A stretch of 64,000 nt of DNA from Auanema rhodensis. Taxonomy: Eukaryota; Animalia; Nematoda. A program made the position numbers and the translations under genes. Numbering within the stretch: position 1 is the first letter of the stretch; every line of letters begins with the position of its first letter. Where the stretch lies: contig OZ059900.1 in the NCBI GenBank assembly GCA_964057225.1, positions 3,720,001 to 3,784,000 of the forward strand, given 5' to 3'. Of this stretch, positions 27,050-41,600 are shown in pieces. The notes under the pieces were generated by a model. It had not been told where the DNA came from and ran no database searches. It saw only the letters and a list, made by a program, of their open reading frames with translations.

Positions 27050-30000
27050 TTAAATACTGATTTTCGCTCAAATAGCATTACTACACTAAGTATGGTCGTT
27101 TTTATGCCTTTAACACCATATACTCACCGATTTTTGGTACAAAATCTGTGATACTCGTAAATTTTGATCATATTCGGTGAGATTCGAGAATCAAACACAC
27201 AATACACGAAATAAGTTCATTTTTACGAGTTTGCACTGATATTTATTCATTTTGATCAAATAAGGTCGAAAATAGAAAGAATTTTTGAAATTTCCGAGTT
27301 TTGAGTCTAATTTGGCTAAATCGCTCATATATATGATCAAAAGCATAGTTTTATTGTCTATGACAACAAAAGTCATCAATTAAACGCTAGTGATGTTTAA
27401 ATACTGAATTTCGCTCAAATAGCATTACTACACTAAGTATGGTCGTTTTTATGCCTTTAACACCATATACTCACCGATTTTTGGTACAAAATCTGTAATA
27501 CTCGTAAATTTTGATCATATTCGTTATGATTTGAGAATCAAACATACAATACACAAAATCAGTCTATTTTTATGAGCTTGCACTGATATATATTCATTTT
27601 GATCAAAAAAGGTCGAAAATAGAAAGAATTTTTGAAATTTCCGAGTTTTGAGTCTAATTTGGCTAAATCGCTCATTTATATGATCAAAAGCATAGTTTTA
27701 TTGTCTATAACAACAAAAGTCATCAATTAAACGCTAGTGATGTTTTAATACTGAATTTCGCTCAAATAGCATTACTACACTAAGTATGGTCGTTTATATG
27801 CCTTTAACACCATATACTCACCGATTTTTGGTACAAAATCTGTGATACTCGTAAATTTTGATCATATTCGGTGAGATTCAAGAATCAAACACACAATACA
27901 CAAAATCAGTCTATGTTTATGAGCTTGCACTGATATATATTCATTTTGATCAAAAAAGGTCGAAAATAGAAAGAATTTTTGAAATTTCCGAGTTTTGAGT
28001 CTAATTTGGCTAAATCGCTCATTTATATGATCAGAAGCAAAGTTTTATTGTCTATGACAACAAAAGTCATCAATTAAACGCTAGTGATGTTTAAATACTA
28101 ATTTTCGCTCAAATAGCATTACTACACTAAGTATGGTCGTTTTTATGCCTTTAACACCATATACTCACCGATTTTTGGTACAAAATCTGTAATACTTGTA
28201 AATTTCGATCATATTCGTTAAGATTCGAGAATCAAACACATAATACACGAAATAAGTCTATTTTTATGAGTTTGCACTGATATTTATTCATTTTGATCAA
28301 AAAAGGTCGAAAATAGAAAGAATTTTTGAATTTTCCGAGTTTTGAGTCTAATTTGGCTAAATCGCTCATATATATGATCAGAAGCATAGTTTTATGGTCT
28401 ATGACAACAAAAGTCATCAATTAAACGCTAGTGATGTTTAAATACTGATTTTCGCTCAAATAGCATTACTACACTAAGTATGGTCGTTTTTATGCCTTTA
28501 ACACCATATACTCACCGATTTTTGGTACAAAATCTGTGATACTCGTAAATTTTGATCATATTCGGTGAGATTCGAGAATCAAACACACAATACACGAAAT
28601 CAGTCTATGTTTATGAGCTTGCACTGATATATATTCATTTTGATCAAAAAAGGTCGAAAATAGAAAGAATTTTTGAAATTTCCGAGTTTTGAGTCTAATT
28701 TGGCTAAATCGCTCATTTATATGATCAGAAGCAAAGTTTTATTGTCTATGACAACAAAAGTCATCAATTAAACGCTAGTGATGTTTAAATACTAATTTTC
28801 GCTCAAATAGCATTACTACACTAAGTATGGTCGTTTTTATGCCTTTAACACCATATACTCACCGATTTTTGGTACAAAATCTGTAATACTTGTAAATTTC
28901 GATCATATTCGTTAAGATTCGAGAATTAAACACATAATACACAAAATCAGTCTATTTTCATGAGCTTGCACTGATATATATTCATTTTGATCAAAAAAGC
29001 TCGAAAATAGAAAGAATTTTTGAAATTTCCGAGTTTTGAGTCTAATTTGGCTAAATCGCTCATTTATATGATCAGAAGCAAAGTTTTATTGTCTATGACA
29101 ACAAAAGTCATCAATTAAACGCTAGTGATGTTTAAATACTAATTTTCGCTCAAATAGCATTACTACACTAAGTATGGTCGTTTTTATGCCTTTAACACCA
29201 TATACTCACCGATTTTTGCTACAAAATCTGTAATACTTGTGAATTTTGATCATATTCGTTAAGATTCGAGAATCAAACACATAATACACGAAATAAGTCT
29301 ATTTTTATGAGTTTACACTGATATTTATTCATTTTGATCAAAAAAGGTCGAAAATAGAAAGAATTTTTGAAATTTCCGAGTTTTGAGTCCAATTTGGCTA
29401 AATCGCTCATATATATGATCAAAAGCATAGTTTTATTGTCTATAACAACAAAAGTCATCAATTAAACGCTAGTGATGTTTTAATACTGAATTTCGCTCAA
29501 ATAGCATTACTACACTAAGTATGGTCGTTTTTATGCCTTTAACACCATATACTCACCGATTTTTGGTACAAAATCTGTGATACTCGTAAATTTTGATCAT
29601 ATTTGTTAAGATTCGAAAATCAAACACACAATACACGAAATAAGTTTATTTTTACAAGTTTGCACTGATATTTATTCATTTTGATCAAAAAAGGTCGAAA
29701 ATAGAAAGAATTTTTGAAATTTCCGAGTTTTGAGTCTAATTTGGCTAAATCGCTCATATATATGATCAGAAGCATAGTTTTATTGTCTATGACAACAAAA
29801 GTCATTAATTAAACACTAATGATGTTTAAATCACTAAATTTCGCTCAAATAGCATTACTACACTAAGTATGGTCGTTTTTATGCCTTTAACACCATATAC
29901 TCACCGATTTTTGGTACAAAATCTGTAATACTCGTAAATTTTGATCATATTGGGTGAGATTCGAGAATCAAACACACAATACACGAAATAAGTTTATTTT

Positions 30001-33000
30001 TACGAGTTTGCACTGATATATATTCATTTTGATCAAAAAAGGTCGAAAATAGAAAGAATTTTTGAAATTTCCGAGTTTTGAGTCTAATTTGGCTAAATCG
30101 CTCATATATATGATCAGAAGCATAGTTTTATGGTCTATGACAACAAAAGTCATCAACTAAACGCTAGTGATGTTTAAATACTGATTTTCGCTCAAATAGC
30201 ATTACTACACTAAGTATGGTCGTTTTTATGCCTTTAACACCATATACTCACCGATTTTTGGTACAAAATCTGTAATACTCGTAAATTTTGATCATATTTG
30301 TTAAGATTTGAGAATCAAACATACAATACACAAAATCAGTCTATTTTTATGAGCTTGCACTGATATATATTCATTTTGATCAAAAAAGCTCGAAAATAGA
30401 AAGAATTTTTGAAATTTCCGAGTTTTGAGTCTAATTTGGCTAAATCGCTCATATATATGATCAGAAGCATAGTTTTATTGTCTATGACAACAAAAGTCAT
30501 TAATTAAACACTAATGATGTTTAAATACTGATTTTCGCTCAAATAGCATTACTACACTAAGTATGGTCGTTTTTATGCCTTTAACACCATATACTCACCG
30601 ATTTTTGGTACAAAATCTGTGATACTCGTAAATTTTGATCATATTCGGTGAGATTCGAGAATCAAACACACAATACACGAAATAAGTTCATTTTTACGAG
30701 TTTGCACTGATATTTATTCATTTTGATCAAATAAGGTCGAAAATAGAAAGAATTTTTGAAATTTCCGAGTTTTGAGTCTAATTTGGCTAAATCGCTCATA
30801 TATATGATCAAAAGCATAGTTTTATTGTCTATGACAACAAAAGTCATCAATTAAACGCTAGTGATGTTTAAATACTGAATTTCGCTCAAATAGCATTACT
30901 ACACTAAGTATGGTCGTTTTTATGCCTTTAACACCATATACTCACCGATTTTTGGTACAAAATCTGTAATACTCGTAAATTTTGATCATATTCGTTATGA
31001 TTTGAGAATCAAACATACAATACACAAAATCAGTCTATTTTTATGAGCTTGCACTGATATATATTCATTTTGATCAAAAAAGGTCGAAAATAGAAAGAAT
31101 TTTTGAAATTTCCGAGTTTTGAGTCTAATTTGGCTGAATCGCTCATTTATATGATCAAAAGCATAGTTTTATTGTCTATAACAACAAAAGTCATCAATTA
31201 AACGCTAGTGATGTTTTAATACTGAATTTCGCTCAAATAGCATTACTACACTAAGTATGGTCGTTTATATGCCTTTAACACCATATACTCACCGATTTTT
31301 GGTACAAAATCTGTGATACTCGTAAATTTTGATCATATTCGGTGAGATTCAAGAATCAAACACAAAATACACAAAATCAGTCTATGTTTATGAGCTTGCA
31401 CTGATATATATTCATTTTGATCAAAAAAGGTCGAAAATAGAAAGAATTTTTGAAATTTCCGAGTTTTGAGTCTAATTTGGCTAAATCGCTCATTTATATG
31501 ATCAGAAGCAAAGTTTTATTGTCTATGACAACAAAAGTCATCAATTAAACGCTAGTGATGTTTAAATACTAATTTTCGCTCAAATAGCATTACTACACTA
31601 AGTATGGTCGTTTTTATGCCTTTAACACCATATACTCACCGATTTTTGGTACAAAATCTGTAATACTTGTAAATTTCGATCATATTCGTTAAGATTCGAG
31701 AATCAAACACATAATACACGAAATAAGTCTATTTTTATGAGTTTGCACTGATATTTATTCATTTTGATCAAAAAAGGTCGAAAATAGAAAGAATTTTTGA
31801 ATTTTCCGAGTTTTGAGTCTAATTTGGCTAAATCGCTCATATATATGATCAGAAGCATAGTTTTATGGTCTATGACAACAAAAGTCATCAATTAAACGCT
31901 AGTGATGTTTAAATACTGATTTTCGCTCAAATAGCATTACTACACTAAGTATGGTCGTTTTTATGCCTTTAACACCATATACTCACCGATTTTTGGTACA
32001 AAATCTGTGATACTCGTAAATTTTGATCATATTCGGTGAGATTCGAGAATCAAACACACAATACACGAAATCAGTCTATGTTTATGAGCTTGCACTGATA
32101 TATATTCATTTTGATCAAAAAAGGTCGAAAATAGAAAGAATTTTTGAAATTTCCGAGTTTTGAGTCTAATTTGGCTAAATCGCTCATTTATATGATCAGA
32201 AGCAAAGTTTTATTGTCTATGACAACAAAAGTCATCAATTAAACGCTAGTGATGTTTAAATACTAATTTTCGCTCAAATAGCATTACTACACTAAGTATG
32301 GTCGTTTTTATGCCTTTAACACCATATACTCACCGATTTTTGGTACAAAATCTGTAATACTTGTAAATTTCGATCATATTCGTTAAGATTCGAGAATTAA
32401 ACACATAATACACAAAATCAGTCTATTTTCATGAGCTTGCACTGATATATATTCATTTTGATCAAAAAAGCTCGAAAATAGAAAGAATTTTTGAAATTTC
32501 CGAGTTTTGAGTCTAATTTGGCTAAATCGCTCATTTATATGATCAGAAGCAAAGTTTTATTGTCTATGACAACAAAAGTCATCAATTAAACGCTAGTGAT
32601 GTTTAAATACTAATTTTCGCTCAAATAGCATTACTACACTAAGTATGGTCGTTTTTATGCCTTTAACACCATATACTCACCGATTTTTGCTACAAAATCT
32701 GTAATACTTGTGAATTTTGATCATATTCGTTAAGATTCGAGAATCAAACACATAATACACGAAATAAGTCTATTTTTATGAGTTTACACTGATATTTATT
32801 CATTTTGATCAAAAAAGGTCGAAAATAGAAAGAATTTTTGAAATTTCCGAGTTTTGAGTCCAATTTGGCTAAATCGCTCATATATATGATCAAAAGCATA
32901 GTTTTATTGTCTATAACAACAAAAGTCATCAATTAAACGCTAGTGATGTTTTAATACTGAATTTCGCTCAAATAGCATTACTACACTAAGTATGGTCGTT

Positions 33001-33420
33001 TTTATGCCTTTAACACCATATACTCACCGATTTTTGGTACAAAATCTGTGATACTCGTAAATTTTGATCATATTTGTTAAGATTCGAAAATCAAACACAC
33101 AATACACGAAATAAGTTTATTTTTACAAGTTTGCACTGATATTTATTCATTTTGATCAAAAAAGGTCGAAAATAGAAAGAATTTTTGAAATTTCCGAGTT
33201 TTGAGTCTAATTTGGCTAAATCGCTCATATATATGATCAGAAGCATAGTTTTATTGTCTATGACAACAAAAGTCATTAATTAAACACTAATGATGTTTAA
33301 ATCACTAAATTTCGCTCAAATAGCATTACTACACTAAGTATGGTCGTTTTTATGCCTTTAACACCATATACTCACCGATTTTTGGTACAAAATCTGTAAT
33401 ACTCGTAAATTTTGATCATA
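27050..33420. repeat. Duplication with 10-monomer period (3471 bp): about 27050-29950 copied at about 30520-33420
   Basis: ORF pairs 27191/30662, 28232/31703, 29273/32744 and 29620/33091. Markers CAAATAAGGTCG, GAGAATTAAAC and TTTTCATGAGC each occur as a pair 3471 apart. Confidence 0.9.
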
Positions 33421-35675
33421 TTCGTTAAGATTTGAGAATCAAACACACAATACACAAAATCAGTCTATTTTTATGAGCTTGCACTGATATATATTCATTT
33501 TGATCAAAAAAGGTCGAAAATAGAAAGAATTTTTGAAATTTCCGAGTTTTGAGTCTAATTTGGCTAAATCGCTCATATATATGATCAGAAGCATAGTTTT
33601 ATGGTCTATGACAACAAAAGTCATCAATTAAACGCTAGTGATGTTTAAATACTGATTTTCGCTCAAATAGCATTACTACACTAAGTATGGTCGTTTTTAT
33701 GCCTTTAACACCATATACTCACCGATTTTTGGTACAAAATCTGTAATACTCGTAAATTTTGATCATATTTGTTAAGATTTGAGAATCAAACATACAATAC
33801 ACAAAATCAGTCTATTTTTATGAGCTTGCACTGATATATATTCATTTTGATCAAAAAAGCTCGAAAATAGAAAGAATTTTTGAAATTTCCGAGTTTTGAG
33901 TCTAATTTGGCTAAATCGCTCATATATATGATCAGAAGCATAGTTTTATTGTCTATGACAACAAAAGTCATTAATTAAACACTAATGATGTTTAAATCAC
34001 TAAATTTCGCTCAAATAGCATTACTACACTAAGTATGGTCGTTTTTATGCCTTTAACACCATATACTCACCGATTTTTGGTACAAAATCTGTGATACTCG
34101 TAAATTTTGATCATATTCGGTGAGATTCAAGAATCAAACACACAATACACAAAATCAGTCTATGTTTATGAGCTTGCACTGATATATATTCATTTTGATC
34201 AAAAAAGGTCGAAAATAGAAAGAATTTTTGAAATTTCCGAGTTTTGAGTCTAATTTGGCTAAATCGCTCATTTATATGATCAGAAGCAAAGTTTTATTGT
34301 CTATGACAACAAAAGTCATCAATTAAACGCTAGTGATGTTTAAATACTAATTTTCGCTCAAATAGCATTACTACACTAAGTATGGTCGTTTTTATGCCTT
34401 TAACACCATATACTCACCGATTTTTGGTACAAAATCTGTAATACTTGTAAATTTCGATCATATTCGTTAAGATTCGAGAATCAAACACATAATACACGAA
34501 ATAAGTCTATTTTTATGAGTTTGCACTGATATTTATTCATTTTGATCAAAAAAGGTCGAAAATAGAAAGAATTTTTGAATTTTCCGAGTTTTGAGTCCAA
34601 TTCGGCTAAATCGCTCATATATATGATCAAAAACATAGTTTTATTGTCTATAACAACAAAAGTCATCAATTAAACGCTAGTGATGTTTAAATACTGATTT
34701 TCGCTCAAATAGCATTACTACACTAAGTATGGTCGTTTTTATGCCTTTAACACCATATACTCACCGATTTTTGGTACAAAATCTGTGATACTCGTAAATT
34801 TTGATCATATTCGGTGAGATTCGAGAATCAAACACACAATACACGAAATAAGTTCATTTTTACGAGTTTGCACTGATATTTATTCATTTTGATCAAAAAA
34901 GGTCGAAAATAGAAAGAATTTTTGAAATTTCCGAGTTTTGAGTCTAATTTGGCTAAATCGCTCATATATAAGATCAAAAGCATAGTTTTATTGTCTATGA
35001 CAACAAAAGTCATCAATTAAACGCTAGTGATGTTTAAATACTGAATTTCGCTCAAATAGCATTACTACACTAAGTATGGTCGTTTTTATGCCTTTAACAC
35101 CATATACTCACCGATTTTTGGTACAAAATCTGTAATACTCGTAAATTTTGATCATATTCGTTAAGATTTGAGAATCAAACATACAATACACAAAATCAGT
35201 CTATTTTTATGAGCTTGCACTGATATATATTCATTTTGATCAAAAAAGCTCGAAAATAGAAAGAATTTTTGAAATTTCCGAGTTTTGAGTCTAATTTGGC
35301 TAAATCGCTCATTTATATGATCAGAAGCAAAGTTTTATTGTCTATGACAACAAAAGTCATCAATTAAACGCTAGTGATGTTTAAATACTAATTTTCGCTC
35401 AAATAGCATTACTACACTAAGTATGGTCGTTTTTATGCCTTTAACACCATATACTCACCGATTTTTGCTACAAAATCTGTAATACTTGTGAATTTTGATC
35501 ATATTCGTTAAGATTCGAGAATCAAACACATAATACACGAAATAAGTCTATTTTTATGAGTTTACACTGATATTTATTCATTTTGATCAAAAAAGGTCGA
35601 AAATAGAAAGAATTTTTGAAATTTCCGAGTTTTGAGTCCAATTTGGCTAAATCGCTCATATATATGATCAAAAGC

Positions 35676-38600
35676 ATAGTTTTATTGTCTATAACAACAA
35701 AAGTCATCAATTAAACGCTAGTGATGTTTAAATACTGATTTTCGCTCAAATAGCATTACTACACTAAGTATGGTCGTTTTTATGCCTTTAACACCATATA
35801 CTCACCGATTTTTGGTACAAAATCTGTAATACTCGTAAATTTCAATCATATTCGTTAAGATTTGAGAATCAAACACACAATACACAAAATCAGTCTATTT
35901 TTATAAGCTTGCACTAATATATATTCATTTTGATCAAAAAAGGTCGAAAATAGAAAGAATTTTTGAAATTTCCGAGTTTTGAGTCTAATTTGGCTAAATC
36001 GCTCATATATATGATCAGAAGCATAGTTTTATGGTCTATGACAACAAAAGTCATCAATTAAACGCTAGTGATGTTTAAATACTGATTTTCGCTCAAATAG
36101 CATTACTACACTAAGTATGGTCGTTTTTATGCCTTTAACACCATATACTCACCGATTTTTGGTACAAAATCTGTGATACTCGTAAATTTTGATCATATTC
36201 GGTGAGATTCGAGAATCAAACACACAATACACGAAATAAGTTTATTTTTACGAGTTTGCACTGATATTTATTCATTTTGATCAAAAAAGGTCGAAAATAG
36301 AAAGAATTTTTGAAATTTCCGAGTTTTGAGTCCAATTGGGCTAAATCGCTCATATATATGATCAAAAGCATAGTTTTACTGTCTATGATAACAAAAGTCA
36401 TCAATTAAACGCTAGTGATGTTTAAATACTAATTTTCGCTCAAATAGCATTACTACACTAAGTATGGTCGTTTTTATGCCTTTAACACCATATACTCACC
36501 GATTTTTGGTACAAAATCTGTAATACTCGTAAATTTCGATCATATTCGTTAAGATTTGAGAATCAAACACACAATACACAAAATCAGTCTATTTTTATAA
36601 GCTTGCACTAATATATATTCATTTTGATCAAAAAAGGTCGAAAATAGAAAGAATTTATGAAATTTCCGAGTTTTGAGTCTAATTTGGCTAAATCGCTCAT
36701 ATATATGATCAGAAGCATAGTTTTATGGTCTATGACAACAAAAGTCATCAATTAAACGCTAGTGATGTTTAAATACTGATTTTCGCTCAAATAGCATTAC
36801 TACACTAAGTATGGTCGTTTTTATGCCTTTAACACCATATACTCACCGATTTTTGGTACAAAATCTGTGATACTCGTAAATTTTGATCATATTCGGTGAG
36901 ATTCGAGAATCAAACACACAATACACGAAATAAGTTTATTTTTACGAGTTTGCACTGATATTTATTCATTTTGATCAAAAAAGGTCGAAAATAGAAAGAA
37001 TTTTTGAAATTTCCGAGTTTTGAGTCCAATTGGGCTAAATCGCTCATATATATGATCAAAAGCATAGTTTTACTGTCTATGATAACAAAAGTCATCAATT
37101 AAACGCTAGTGATGTTTAAATACTAATTTTCGCTCAAATAGCATTACTACACTAAGTATGGTCGTTTTTATGCCTTTAACACCATATACTCACCGATTTT
37201 TGGTACAAAATCTGTAATACTTGTAAATTTCGATCATATTCGGTGAGATTCGAGAATCAAACACACAATACACGAAATAAGTTTATTTTTACGAGTTTGC
37301 ACTGATATTTATTCATTTTGATCAAAAAAGGTCGAAAATAGAAAGAATTTTTGAAATTTCCGAGTTTTGAGTCTAATTTGGCTAAATCGCTCATATATAT
37401 GATCAAAAGCATAGTTTTATTGTCTATGACAACAAAAGTCATCAATTAAACGCTAGTGATGTTTAAATACTGAATTTCGCTCAAATAGCATTACTACACT
37501 AAGTATGGTCGTTTTTATGCCTTTAACACCATATACTCACCGATTTTTGGTACAAAATCTGTAATACTCGTAAATTTTGATCATATTCGTTAAGATTTGA
37601 GAATAAAACATATAATACACAAAATCAGTCTATTTTTATGAGCTTGCACTGATATATATTTATTTTGATCAAAAAAGGTCGAAAATAGAAAGAATTTTTG
37701 AAATTTCCGAGTTTTGAGTCTAATTTGGCTAAATCGCTCATTTATATGATCAGAAGCAAAGTTTTATTGTCTATGACAACTGACAACATTACTACACTAA
37801 GTATGGTCGTTTTTATGCCTTTAACACCATATACTCACCGATTTTTGGTACAAAATCTGTGATACTCGTAAATTTTGATCATATTCGGTGAGATTCGAGA
37901 ATCAAACACACAATACACGAAATAAGTTTTTTTTTACGAGTTTGCACTGATATTTATTCATTTTGATCAAAAAAGGTCGAAAATAGAAAGAATTTTTGAA
38001 TTTTCCGAGTTTTGAGTCCAATTGGGCTAAATCGCTCATATATATGATCAAAAACATAGTTTTATTGTCTATAACAACAAAAGTCATCAATTAAACGCTA
38101 GTGATGTTTAAATACTGATTTTCGCTCAAATAGCATTACTACACTAAGTATGGTCGTTTTTATGCCTTTAACACCATATACTCACCGATTTTTGGTACAA
38201 AATCTGTGATACTCGTAAATTTTGATCATATTCGGTGAGATTCGAGAATCAAACACACAATACACGAAATAAGTTCATTTTTACGAGTTTGCACTGATAT
38301 TTATTCATTTTGATCAAAAAAGGTCGAAAATAGAAAGAATTTTTGAAATTTCCGAGTTTTGAGTCTAATTTGGCTAAATCGCTCATATATATGATCAAAA
38401 GCATAGTTTTATTGTCTATGACAACAAAAGTCATTAATTAAACGCTAGTGATGTTTAAATACTGAATTTCGCTCAAATAGCATTACTACACTAAGTATGG
38501 TCGTTTTTATGCCTTTAACACCATATACTCACCGATTTTTGGTACAAAATCTGTAATACTCGTAAATTTTGATCATATTCGTTAAGATTTGAGAATCAAA

Positions 38601-41600
38601 CATACAATACACAAAATCAGTCTATTTTTTTGAGCTTGCACTGATATATATTCATTTTGATCAAAAAAGGTCGAAAATAGAAAGAATTTTTGAAATTTCC
38701 GAGTTTTGAGTCTAATTTGGCTAAATCGCTCATATATATGATCAGAAGCATAGTTTTATGGTCTATGACAACAAAAGTCATCAATTAAACGCTAGTGATG
38801 TTTAAATACTGAATTTCGCTCAAATAGCATTACTACACTAAGTATGGTCGTTTTTATGCCTTTAACACCATATACTCACCGATTTTTGGTACAAAATCTG
38901 TAATACTCGTAAATTTTGATCATATTCGTTAAGATTTGAGAATCAAACACACAATACACAAAATCAGTCTATTTTTATGAGTTTGCATCGATATATATTC
39001 ATTTTGATCAAAAAAAGTCGAAAATAGAAAGAATTTTTGAATTTTCCGAGTTTTGAGTCCAATTGGGCTAAATCGCTCATATATATGATCAAAAACATAG
39101 TTTTATTGTCTATAACAACAAAAGTCATCAATTAAACGCTAGTGATGTTTAAATACTGATTTTCGCTCAAATAGCATTACTACACTAAGTATGGTCGTTT
39201 TTATGCCTTTAACACCATATACTCACCGATTTTTGGTACAAAATCTGTGATACTCGTAAATTTTGATCATATTCGGTGAGATTCAAGAATCAAACACACA
39301 ATACACAAAATCAGTCTATGTTTATGAGCTTGCACTGATATATATTCATTTTGATCAAAAAAGGTCGAAAATAGAAAGAATTTTTGAAATTTCCGAGTTT
39401 TGAGTCTAATTTGGCTAAATCGCTCATTTATATGATCAGAAGCAAAGTTTTATTGTCTATGACAACAAAAGTCATCAATTAAACGCTAGTGATGTTTAAA
39501 TACTAATTTTCGCTCAAATAGCATTACTACACTAAGTATGGTCGTTTTTATGCCTTTAACACCATATACTCACCGATTTTTGGTACAAAATCTGTAATAC
39601 TTGTAAATTTCGATCATATTCGTTAAGATTCGAGAATCAAACACATAATACACGAAATAAGTCTATTTTTATGAGTTTGCACTGATATTTATTCATTTTG
39701 ATCAAAAAAGGTCGAAAATAGAAAGAATTTTTGAATTTTCCGAGTTTTGAGTCCAATTGGGCTAAATCGCTCATATATATGATCAAAAACATAGTTTTAT
39801 TGTCTATAACAACAAAAGTCATCAATTAAACGCTAGTGATGTTTAAATACTGATTTTCGCTCAAATAGCATTACTACACTAAGTATGGTCGTTTTTATGC
39901 CTTTAACACCATATACTCACCGATTTTTGGTACAAAATCTGTGATACTCGTAAATTTTGATCATATTCGGTGAGATTCGAGAATCAAACACACAATACAC
40001 GAAATAAGTTCATTTTTACGAGTTTGCACTGATATTTATTCATTTTGATCAAAAAAGGTCGAAAATAGAAAGAATTTTTGAAATTTCCGAGTTTTGAGTC
40101 TAATTTGGCTAAATCGCTCATATATAAGATCAAAAGCATAGTTTTATTGTCTATGACAACAAAAGTCATCAATTAAACGCTAGTGATGTTTAAATACTGA
40201 ATTTCGCTCAAATAGCATTACTACACTAAGTATGGTCGTTTTTATGCCTTTAACACCATATACTCACCGATTTTTGGTACAAAATCTGTAATACTCGTAA
40301 ATTTTGATCATATTCGTTAAGATTTGAGAATCAAACATACAATACACAAAATCAGTCTATTTTTATGAGCTTGCACTGATATATATTCATTTTGATCAAA
40401 AAAGCTCGAAAATAGAAAGAATTTTTGAAATTTCCGAGTTTTGAGTCTAATTTGGCTAAATCGCTCATATATATGATCAAAAGCATAGTTTTATTGTCTA
40501 TGACAACAAAAGTCATTAATTAAACGCTAGTGATGTTTAAATACTGAATTTCGCTCAAATAGCATTACTACACTAAGTATGGTCGTTTTTATGCCTTTAA
40601 CACCATATACTCACCGATTTTTGGTACAAAATCTGTGATACTCGTAAATTTTGATCATATTCGGTGAGATTCAAGAATCAAACACACAATACACAAAATC
40701 AGTCTATGTTTATGAGCTTGCACTGATATATATTCATTTTGATCAAAAAAGGTCGAAAATAGAAAGAATTTTTGAAATTTCCGAGTTTTGAGTCTAATTT
40801 GGCTAAATCGCTCATTTATATGATCAGAAGCAAAGTTTTATTGTCTATGACAACAAAAGTCATCAATTAAACGCTAGTGATGTTTAAATACTAATTTTCG
40901 CTCAAATAGCATTACTACACTAAGTATGGTCGTTTTTATGCCTTTAACACCATATACTCACCGATTTTTGGTACAAAATCTGTAATACTTGTAAATTTCG
41001 ATCATATTCGTTAAGATTCGAGAATCAAACACATAATACACGAAATAAGTCTATTTTTATGAGTTTGCACTGATATTTATTCATTTTGATCAAAAAAGGT
41101 CGAAAATAGAAAGAATTTTTGAATTTTCCGAGTTTTGAGTCCAATTGGGCTAAATCGCTCATATATATGATCAAAAACATAGTTTTATTGTCTATAACAA
41201 CAAAAGTCATCAATTAAACGCTAGTGATGTTTAAATACTGATTTTCGCTCAAATAGCATTACTACACTAAGTATGGTCGTTTTTATGCCTTTAACACCAT
41301 ATACTCACCGATTTTTGGTACAAAATCTGTGATACTCGTAAATTTTGATCATATTCGGTGAGATTCGAGAATCAAACACACAATACACGAAATAAGTTCA
41401 TTTTTACGAGTTTGCACTGATATTTATTCATTTTGATCAAAAAAGGTCGAAAATAGAAAGAATTTTTGAAATTTCCGAGTTTTGAGTCTAATTTGGCTAA
41501 ATCGCTCATATATAAGATCAAAAGCATAGTTTTATTGTCTATGACAACAAAAGTCATCAATTAAACGCTAGTGATGTTTAAATACTGAATTTCGCTCAAA

